NCBI GenBank assembly: GCA_963737905.1
Contig: CAVTUQ010000002.1
Location: 192,001 to 256,000, forward strand
DNA from: an uncultured delta proteobacterium
GTDB lineage: Bacteria > Desulfobacterota > Binatia > UBA9968
Direction of reading: 5' to 3'
DNA length: 64,000 nucleotides
The notes under the pieces were generated by a model that saw nothing but the letters and a program-made list of their open reading frames with translations, searched no databases and had not been told where the DNA came from. The position numbers and the translations under genes were made by a program. Of this stretch, positions 54,798 through 63,392 are shown piece after piece (position 1 is the first letter of the stretch; each line of letters begins with the position of its first letter).

Positions 54798-55939
54798 ATG
54801 TATAAACGAATCTTCAATATCCGGGAAACTGTCAAGCAGAAGTCTCTGTTCCTCTTTGGCCCGCGCCAGACCGGTAAGAGTACTCTGGTGCGTCAGAGCT
54901 TTCCCGATGCCGCCTATTACGATCTTCTCGAAGCCGACACATTTCGCGAGCTGAGCGCCCGTCCAGAGTATCTGCGGCAAACCCTCAGCCCCCAGCAATC
55001 ATTAGTCATCGTCGACGAGATCCAAAACTCCCTGCCCTTCTGGATGAGATTCAACTATTGATCGAACGGAACAAGAAGTTGCGAGTCATTCTAACCGGAA
55101 GCAGCGCTAGAAAACTCAAGCGAGGAGCCGCCAATCTTCTCGGCGGACGTGCCTGGGTCTGCCGCCTGCATCCGCTTGTGTCGGCGGAGCTGGATGGCCA
55201 AAGATTACTCCATCGTCTCAATCGCGGGAGTCTCCCGTCGATCATTGATTCCGAGCACTACAAGGAAGACCTTAAAGCCTACGTGGGCACGTATCTACAG
55301 GGAGAGATCCGCGCTGAGGGATTGACCCGCTCCATTGAGAATTTTTCCCGTTTTCTTGAGGTCGCCGGACTTACGAGTGGTGAGCAGATTAATTTTAGTT
55401 CAGTAGCTGCCGACGCTGGATTCCCGCCAAGAACGGTGCGAGAACACTACCAGATTCTCGAGGACACGCTGGTTGGACACCAGCTCCCGGCCTATCAAAA
55501 GACTGCCAAGCGTAAGCCGGTGGCCACCGCCAAGTTCTACCTTTTTGATGTCGGTGTCGCCAACACGCTCAAGCGAATACCCGGGATTGAAGAGGGTTCC
55601 AACGCCTACGGTCACGCCTTGGAACATCTCATTTTTTTGGAACTTCGAAGCTATCTGGATTACCACAGGCTGGATCATGAGCTCACCTATTGGCGCAGCC
55701 GCTCTCAGTTCGAAGTGGACTTCCTGGTGGGAGACCAGATCGGAATTGAAGTGAAATCAAAGGCGCGGGTATTGCCTCGCGATTACAAAGGACTTAGCGC
55801 TCTAAGCGAGGAAGTTCGACTGAAGCGAAAGATCGTAATCTGTGCGGAGAAGATGCGGCGCCGGGCCGACGATGGCACAGAGATCATGCCGGCAACGCTT
55901 TTTCTCAAAGAACTGTGGGCGGGCGATTTAATTCATTGA
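54798..55939 (+). CDS. AAA_14 ATPase with DUF4143 domain (apparent frameshift near 55030)
   Basis: GPRQTGKS, DEIQ, LTGSSA, AKFYLFDVG, EVDF...IEVK. Confidence 0.88.
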
Positions 55940-56161
55940 TTCATAGCAACCCCAACGCTCGTGTGCAAGACTCAACTGTTAAGCCAAGCAAAGATTTCTC
56001 CCTTCGAATTCAAGGATTTTATCCTGCTTGACAGGTGAACCACTCGCTGGTCTATAGTCCGACGTGAAAGAGAATCATCGCTCTTGATCCAACGAAAATG
56101 AACAGACCAATCTTTATCTCCCAGGGGGCGAGTGTCGAGTTGTAAGAGAGAGCAGGGAAAA

Positions 56162-57152
56162 ATGAAGAGAATAATCAGCGTCCTTACCCTTTGCGCTTTG
56201 CTCTTTGCGCTTAGCTATTCCGCCTCGGCGCAGCAGCCGAAGAAAGTCCCTCGGATAGGCTATCTATCGAGGAGCGATCCAGCTCGTGAGTCCACCCGTT
56301 CCGAGCTAATTCGGCTGGCTCTACGCGAGCGTGGCTACATAGAAGGACAGAACATTGCCATCGAGTACCGATATGCGGAGGGGAAGCGCGATCGGTTCCC
56401 TGAGCTTGCGGCCGAGCTGGTGCGTCTCAAGGTCGATATCATCGTGGTAGCAGGAGGGAACAGGCCAACCCGGGCGGCCAAGAATGCGACCAAGACGATT
56501 CCCATCGTTATGACGGGCCTGGGGTCGATCCGGTCGAGGCAGGCCTGGTTGAAAGCCTTGCCCGTCCCGGCGGCAACGTCACCGGCATTACACTCCTTGC
56601 CGGAGAACTAGGTGGGAAGAGGCTGGAGCTGCTCAAAGAAGCGGTTCCCAAACTTGCCCGTGTCGCGGTTCTCTACGATCCGGCCACTTCGTCCACTGTA
56701 CACGAGGTGAAAGAGGTACTTCCAGCCGCGGCGCGCGCACTGGGGTTGACTATTCAGCCTTGGAGGTACGAGGTGCGGACGGTTTCGAGAAGGTATTCGC
56801 TGCGCTAAACAAGGAGCGCCCGGATGGACTCTACGTGTCCTGGGGCCCGCTAATGCTTGCTAACCGAAAACGGATCGCGGGCCTTGCGTTAAAGAGCCGG
56901 TTACCTTCGATGTACGTCAGGAGAGAATTTGTAGATGCCGGCGGGCTCATGTCCTACGGCGCGGACTTCGCGGACAGCTACCGGCGCGTCGCATATTTCG
57001 TGGACAAAATCCTTAAAGGCGCAAAACCAGCCGATCTCCCGGTGGAGCAGCCGACGAAGTTCGAATTGGTGATCAACTTGAAGGCAGCGAAGCAGATCGG
57101 CCTGACGATTCCGCCCAATGTGCTGGCGAGGGCGGACAAGGTAATTCAATGA
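56162..57152 (+). pseudogene. ABC_sub_bind copy C (two indels; possibly sequencing errors)
   Basis: Full set of family motifs across three frames. Confidence 0.88.
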
Positions 57153-57240
57153 TGGCAGAAAACCAAGCAGCGATGCCAGGATTGAACTGAATTCTCCATC
57201 TATCAAAACTAAGTCCCGTTTGTTGTCGTCCGTATTCAGT

Positions 57241-57368
57241 CCTAGAACCGGAGCTAGTGGCACAGATCGAGTTCACCGAATGGACGCCGGACGGTCACCT
57301 GAGACATTCGAAGTTTGTCGGGTTGCGAGAAGACAAGAAGGGCGCGGAAAGTTGTCCGGGAGGATTAG
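57241..57368 (+). pseudogene. C-terminal fragment of an ATP-dependent DNA ligase (LigD/LigC-type OB domain)
   Basis: LEPELVAQIEFTEWTPDGHLRHSKFVGLREDK. Confidence 0.75.
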
Positions 57369-57385
57369 ACGGCTCGTCTATCCAG

Positions 57386-58135
57386 TTACGGATTCTTCTC
57401 GTTCTTCCCTACGACCACCGTGTAGAGAGATAGCTTGGAAAGCTTGTAGATGTCTTCCACGTTAAACTCTGTCGCTTCCAGAAAAGGCTCCAATTTCAGT
57501 TTAGTGCGCCAGCCGAGGTGGCGTGTAACGGGATCGAGCGCCTCCGTTAGCGGGCCAAAAATGGGTAAGTCCGTTGTAAAGTGGTTGACGATCACGATTT
57601 TGCCTCCTGGACGGCAAACGCGCTTGGCCTCAGCCAGCATGCGAATAGGATCCGGAACTACCGTGACCGTATGAAAGGCTGTGACATAATCGAAGCTGTT
57701 ATCGGCAAAGGTTAAATTGAGCGCATCCATTTCGATGACTTGTAAATGAGACCAGTTGTTTGTCGCGATTTTCGCACGTGCCTGGGCGAGCATATCCGCC
57801 GCCAAATCAATGCCAATAACCTTGGAATGGCGCGGGTAGGCCGGAAATGAAGTGCCGGTACCTACGCCGAGTTCAAGCACTTGCGCTCCGGGTGGAATGT
57901 TTAGCGACTCGATCACCTGTCTTATCTGATCATAAAAGATCTTGCCGAAGGTCTTGTCGTAAAGCAGAGCGTACTCTGAGTAAAGCCTGCTCTCGTGGGC
58001 CTGTGGACGATTTCTTTTCCGTCTCGGCGCAAGGCTCCGGATGTTCTTGATGCCACTTCTTAGTTCCCTCAGCTCTTTTGGAAGAGTTCTTTTTACTTTT
58101 TCACGAAAATTCTTGCGAAGCTCCATAGCGTCCAT
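57386..58135 (-). CDS. Class I SAM methyltransferase (PmtA-like phospholipid N-methyltransferase)
   Basis: LELGVGTG, GIDL, MDAL, VVPDP, RVCRPGG.IVIVNHF. Confidence 0.8.
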   Translation of the reverse strand: MDAMELRKNFREKVKRTLPKELRELRSGIKNIRSLAPRRKRNRPQAHESRLYSEYALLYDKTFGKIFYDQIRQVIESLNIPPGAQVLELGVGTGTSFPAYPRHSKVIGIDLAADMLAQARAKIATNNWSHLQVIEMDALNLTFADNSFDYVTAFHTVTVVPDPIRMLAEAKRVCRPGGKIVIVNHFTTDLPIFGPLTEALDPVTRHLGWRTKLKLEPFLEATEFNVEDIYKLSKLSLYTVVVGKNEKNP

Positions 58136-58227
58136 TTTTCTGTCTGTAGGCATTCCAAACGTAACTTGCGCAAAGCGAGAGTTTGTATTCCTCACTCGTT
58201 GTCCATCTTCCGTCTAGGCCGTGAAAA

Positions 58228-58371
58228 TCAGCGAACCGATGGTTCTAACTTCTCCACCTTCTCAAGCTCAAGGGCCAAATCGTAAAGCTCTTTTATGATT
58301 TTCTTGTCGTGTGTCTCGACTAACCTACGGCTCAGTTCATCCATCCGTTCTTCTATCTCTTGAAGGGTCAT
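58228..58371 (-). CDS. Small helical hypothetical protein (47 aa)
   Basis: MTLQEIEERMDELSRRLVETHDKKIIKELY..., amphipathic helix pattern. Confidence 0.4.
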   Translation of the reverse strand: MTLQEIEERMDELSRRLVETHDKKIIKELYDLALELEKVEKLEPSVR

Positions 58372-58555
58372 AATCATAAAAAAGGAATAATCCTTTGAAC
58401 AGAGGTTGTCTTGACATTGGGCGACATTCTCTTGACACCTCAACGGTGTCCTGGGTTGAAGGGGCAAGAGATTGAACTGAATTCTCCAACGAACAAATCC
58501 TGTGAGATTTGCCTGCGGCAGGCTGATTCTGGCCTTCCCACTCAACTAATCCCTA

Positions 58556-58616
58556 TCGCCTTTCGCCGTGTAAATCACACTTTCCTTTATCTCTATCCGC
58601 GTGATACATAACGCTC
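58556..58616 (+). promoter_or_regulatory. Conserved upstream element of the SBP genes, copy 1 of 4
   Basis: TCGCCTTTCGCCGTGTAAATCACA...GTGA(T/G)ACATAAC; also near 59890-59949, 61872-61931 and 63249-63309. Confidence 0.6.
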
Positions 58617-58625
58617 GAAACGAGG

Positions 58626-59586
58626 TGCTCAAAAGAACTGCGGCGCCATCAATTGGTTGTAGTGGTGTTGCTTGCTTTGGAGTGATAGCGAGGCGAGCAG
58701 CGAGAAAATCCAGGATAGGTTTCCTGGGTGTGACCTCCCTTCACATACAGCTCGTCTTGATGCATTCGACAGGGTCTTCGCGATCTCGGCTATGTGGAAG
58801 GCAGAATATCATCATTGAATATCGCTATGCGGATGGAAAATTGGATCGCGTTCCGCCCTCGCGGCCGAACTGGTGCGCCTCAACGTTGACGTCATCGTCA
58901 CGGGCGGTTCAGCGGCACCGCCCCGCTAAGGAAGCGACGGCGACTATTCATTGTAATGGCACAGGATAGATCAGTTGGCAACGGATTGTCGCGAGCCTGG
59001 CGCGGCCGGGCGGGAATATTACGGGACTGTCCATTGTGGCGCCGGAACTGAGCGGCAAACAACTGGAGCTTCTGAAGGAGACTGTTCCCGAGCTTTGGCG
59101 CGTGGTCGTCCAAGCAATCCCAACGAGCCGAGTTATATGCAATTGCGAAAAGAGACGGAACTCGCGGCGAAAGCGCTCAAAATACAAATTCAATTTTTAG
59201 ACGCACGCAGTGCTAAGGATGTTGAACCGCATTCGTGAGGCAACCAAGAGGCGCGCTGACGCAGTTCTCGTACCGACCATGCCGATCGTTGCCTCCCAGC
59301 GGGCACAGATCGCCGATCTCGCGGTCAAAAACCGCCTTCCGGCGATGTACGGGCAGCCGGAGTATGTGGACGTTGGTGGTCTGATGTTTTACGGTGCCAG
59401 TATTACCGATTTGTTTCGTCGCGCCGCCACTTACGCGGACAAGATTCTCAAAGGCGCTAAGCCTGCCGATCTTCCCGTGGAGCAGCCGATCAAGTTCGAG
59501 TTCATCATAATCTGAAAGCCGCGAAGCAAATTGGCCTGACCATTCCGCCGAACGTGCTGGCGAGAGCGGATAGGGTTATTAAATAA
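58626..59586 (+). pseudogene. ABC_sub_bind copy D (many indels)
   Basis: [54 protein letters not shown]. Confidence 0.85.
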
Positions 59587-59646
59587 TTTCGGATTGCGAA
59601 TTTCGAATTTCGGATTGAGAGGAATAACAATGCGGCAAGTTCGGAT

Positions 59647-59805
59647 CGACGGCTTGAACGCTTTCCAAACTCGGGAAGGCATTTGCCGGAGTTTCCAGAG
59701 TTACCGCATCGAGAGGTCATCGTTTGGCCTTACCGTTTTTTCTATCGGCAGCAGGGGGAAAACAATGGGTCGTTGCTGTCTGGCACGGTGCGCAAATCCC
59801 CAAAG
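59647..59805 (+). pseudogene. RelE/ParE toxin C-terminal fragment, copy 1
   Basis: RRLERFPNSGRHLPEFPELPHREVIVWPYRFFYR. Confidence 0.75.
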
Positions 59806-60018
59806 TTCCCTCGGGCAGCTAACACGCCGCTCAAACCTGCTGCGGGTCATTTTTGGGAGAACTCCGGCCTTCCTACGTCACGACTACCGTCGCCTTTCGC
59901 CGTGTAAATCACATTTTTCTTTATCTTATCCACGTGAGACATAACGCTCTAAAGAGGGCGCTGAATCAAGTGAGAAGGGGCGAGTGTTAAGTGACGAGTG
60001 GCGAGAGCAGAGAAAAAT

Positions 60019-61011
60019 ATGAACAGAAAAATCACCGCCTTTACTCTTTGCGCTATGCTCTTTGCGCTTTGCGGCTCAGTTGACGCGCAACAGACGGGAA
60101 AAGTCTTTCGCATCGGCATCCTGGATCCGACCACTGCTTCCGGTAGTGCCGTCGTTTGGGAAACGTTGCGACAGGAACTCAGCAAGCTTGGATGGATCGA
60201 GGGAAAGAATATCGCCATCGAGTACCGGTTTTCAGAAGGAAAAACTGAGAACCTACCTGAGCTTGCGGCGGACCTGGTTCGTCAAAAGGTTGATCTAATT
60301 GTGACCTCAGGGGTACCGCCGGCATTGGAAGCCAAGAAAGCGACCTCGACCATCCCCATCGTGATGGCAGCCGCTCTTGACCCTGTGGCTTTAGGTCTGG
60401 TTGCCAGTTTGGGGCGGCCGGGAGGCAATGTCACCGGGCTCGCGACTTTAGGGCCCGAGCTAAATACCAAAAGGCTGGAGATACTCAAGGACATAATCCC
60501 CAAGCTCGCCCGAGTTGGACTGCTGCGGCGGCCGCCGGGAGTTAACGTTGGGCAAGACCTCCAACTGAAAGAGCTCAGGCTTGCGGCTCTGGCGCTGAAG
60601 CTAAAATTGGAGGAGATCGACACTCAACTCGACGCCAAAGGTTTGGAGAGCGCCTTTCAAACCGCGAAGCAGAAACAGGTCGGTGCGATTATGACGACCG
60701 CCCTTCGCGTCTTTTTCGCCGAAAGGAAGCGAATCGTCGAGCTTGCCACAAAACACCGGTTGCCGGCGATTTACGGCCGGAAGGAGTTCGTGGATGAGGG
60801 TGGCCTTATGTCCTATGGGGAGGACTCCATTGACCAATATCGGCGGGCGGCCGGTTACGTCGACAAGATTTTGAAGGGTGCCAAGCCCGCCGATCTGCCG
60901 GTACAGCAGGCAACGAAGTTTGAGTTCGTGATCAACTTGAAGGCAGCGAAACAGATCGGTCTGACAATTCCACCTGACGTGTTAGCGCGGGCGAATAAAG
61001 TGATCAAGTGA
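60019..61011 (+). CDS. ABC_sub_bind-type periplasmic binding protein, copy E (intact)
   Basis: Signal peptide, uninterrupted 330-aa frame with all family motifs. Confidence 0.93.
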   Translation: MNRKITAFTLCAMLFALCGSVDAQQTGKVFRIGILDPTTASGSAVVWETLRQELSKLGWIEGKNIAIEYRFSEGKTENLPELAADLVRQKVDLIVTSGVPPALEAKKATSTIPIVMAAALDPVALGLVASLGRPGGNVTGLATLGPELNTKRLEILKDIIPKLARVGLLRRPPGVNVGQDLQLKELRLAALALKLKLEEIDTQLDAKGLESAFQTAKQKQVGAIMTTALRVFFAERKRIVELATKHRLPAIYGRKEFVDEGGLMSYGEDSIDQYRRAAGYVDKILKGAKPADLPVQQATKFEFVINLKAAKQIGLTIPPDVLARANKVIK

Positions 61012-61944
61012 TGGAAAAAACCAAGCAGCGGTGGCGGAGTGAATTGAATTCTCCTCACAAATACTGCGGGTCACAGTGATTTGAATGCAATGATGAAAGA
61101 CGTGAGTACTATTTGGTGCGACGTTTTTGTTTGACGCTCTTGAAGGGCCTGCAGGCGCTTGATGGCTCTGCTCGACATTCACAACATGCCAGGATAGAAA
61201 ACGACACCTCTCGACAGGCCGGACAAGTTAGGTGGCCACAGAGTAAACATCTTACTTTAAAAGAGGCCACTCTGGTCGCTTGCTCATTTTTGAATCCGGC
61301 TATTCTTAGTTTCATTGCCGCTATCGTGAGTTTGAGCGGTCATCAGGGGATGTAGACGAATGTTACGCCGCCGATTAGAGGGCCGCGCTCTTTGTTTTCC
61401 TTGAGCAAGATTCTTAGTATTGGATGCGGACTTTACTCTCTCAATCTCTTCTGACATCCTGCTTTAACTCAACGATTTCTTTCTTCTGGGTTCATAGGGG
61501 ACTCCAAATCGCAGATCCCTCAAACTCTGCCCCAATTTGCTCAAGGAACAGTCGATGACTACGGAGACCGCCAATTTTTTCTTGAAAGATTCCATCAAAG
61601 CCCACTCCTCTAGTCACAAATAGTAGATCACCTTTGGCGCAAAGATGATGCCGGGTAAAGTCGTCACGTCTTGTACTGAAGTAGCCTTAGATGGAAACTC
61701 TTCTACCGGGTCTTGCCAGTCGTGAGGGAGACGTTTGACAACTTGACAAAAGCCGGGACTCGGAAGACTGAAATGAATTCCCCGACCTAACCAGTTCACT
61801 TCTTGTTCAACTGACGCGCCGTACAATTCAATCTCAGGCTGATTCTGGCCTTCCCACTCGATGAACTCCTGTCGCCTTCCGCCTTGTAAATCACACTTTT
61901 CTTTATTTCCGTCCGCGTGATACATAACCTCGAAGAGGTGTGCA

Positions 61945-62942
61945 ATGAAGAAGAGCTGGTCTGTCATCAATCCTGGTTGCAGTGGTACTGCTTGCTGTTG
62001 TGGTCATAGCCGAGGCGCAGCAGCCAACGAAATTCCCCGGCTAGGACGCCTAAGCTCCTGGCTCCCCGTCCGCTTAACACGGCCCGCATCGAGGCATTCC
62101 GCCAAGGTCTGCGCGAGCTTGGGTACGTCGAGGGGAAAAACATTGTCATCGAAAGGCGATCTGTAGAGGGAAGACTCGATCGCCTCCCCGCGCTCGCGGC
62201 CGACCTAGTGCGTCTCAAGGTCGACATCATCGTCACGGCTGGTCAGCCAGCAACGCGCGCCGCCAAAGAAGCAACTTCGACGATTCCCATTGTCATGACG
62301 CAATGATGACGATCCTGTTGCCAACGGGTTCATCGCCAGCCTTGCGCGACCCGGCGGGAACATTACTGGATTGTCCACGCTTTGCCCCGGAGCTAAGCGG
62401 AAAACAACTGGAGCTTTTGAAGGAGATCGTTCCTACGCTATCCAGCGTGGCCGTCCTGGGGACTTCGACCGTCCCCAAGCAACGTGCTAATGCGTAAAAG
62501 AGATAGAACTCGCCACACGAGGCGTTTGAAAGTGAAGTTTCGATTCCTAGACGTACAAAATCCCGAGGAAATCGAGAGCACATTCCGAGCCATAAAAAAG
62601 GAGCGTGCTGAAGCAGTCCTTTTGCTGAGTGGACCGGACCTTTGGCTTCTCAGCGAACACAGATTGTAGACCTCGCGGTGAAGAACCAACTTCCGGCGGT
62701 GTACCCCTCTTTAGATTTTGTCCAAGACGGGGGGCTTATGAGCTACGGCACGAACTATGCACGACTTAGACCGGCGCGTCGCTACCTATGTGGATAAAAT
62801 CCTGAAAGGCAGAAAGCCCGCTGACCTGCCAGTAGAACAGCCAACGAAGTTCGAGCTCGTCGTCAATCTGAAAGCCGCAAAGCAGATCGGCTTGACGATT
62901 CCGCCGAATGTGCTGGCGAGGGCGGATAGGGTTATTAAATAA
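61945..62942 (+). pseudogene. ABC_sub_bind copy F (many indels)
   Basis: GAGGTG RBS; family motifs across frames; ends RADRVIK*. Confidence 0.85.
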
Positions 62943-63002
62943 TTTCGGATTGCGAATTTCGAATTTCGGATTGAGAGGAATAACAATGCGGCAAGTTCGG
63001 AT

Positions 63003-63162
63003 CGACGGCTTGAACGCTTTCCAAACTCGGGAAGGCATTTGCCGGAGTTTCCAGAGTTACCGCATCGAGAGGTCATCGTTTGGCCTTACCGTTTTTTCTA
63101 TCGGCAGCAGGGGGAAAACATATGGGTCGTTGCTGTCTGGCACGGTGCGCAAAATCCCCAAA
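63003..63162 (+). pseudogene. RelE/ParE toxin C-terminal fragment, copy 2
   Basis: ...REVIVWPYRFFYRQQGENIWVVAVWHGAQ. Confidence 0.78.
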
Positions 63163-63392
63163 GTTCCCTCGGGCAGCTAACACGCCGCTCAAACCTGCTG
63201 CGGGTCATTTTTGGGAGAACTCCGGCCTTCCTACGTCACGACTACCCGTCGCCTTTCGCCGTGTAAATCACATTTTTCTTTATCTCTATCCACGTGAGAC
63301 ATAACGCTCTAAATGAGGTGCGCGCTGAATCAAGGGAGAAGGGGCGAGTGTCGAGGGTCGAGTGACAAGTGGATCGAGACAGAGAGGAGCAG

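Noticed and set aside
56028-56058. Sigma70 promoter TTGACA...TATAGT before copy C
   Set aside because: The spacer is 19 nt, outside the usual range, and it cannot be supported without TSS data
61614-61970. 118-aa minus-strand ORF
   Set aside because: Its first half overlaps the repeated upstream element, which has stops in other copies; no recognisable motif
58556-63309. CRISPR array formed by the recurring ~60-nt element
   Set aside because: Spacing is 1.3-2 kb with genes in between, and no cas genes are present
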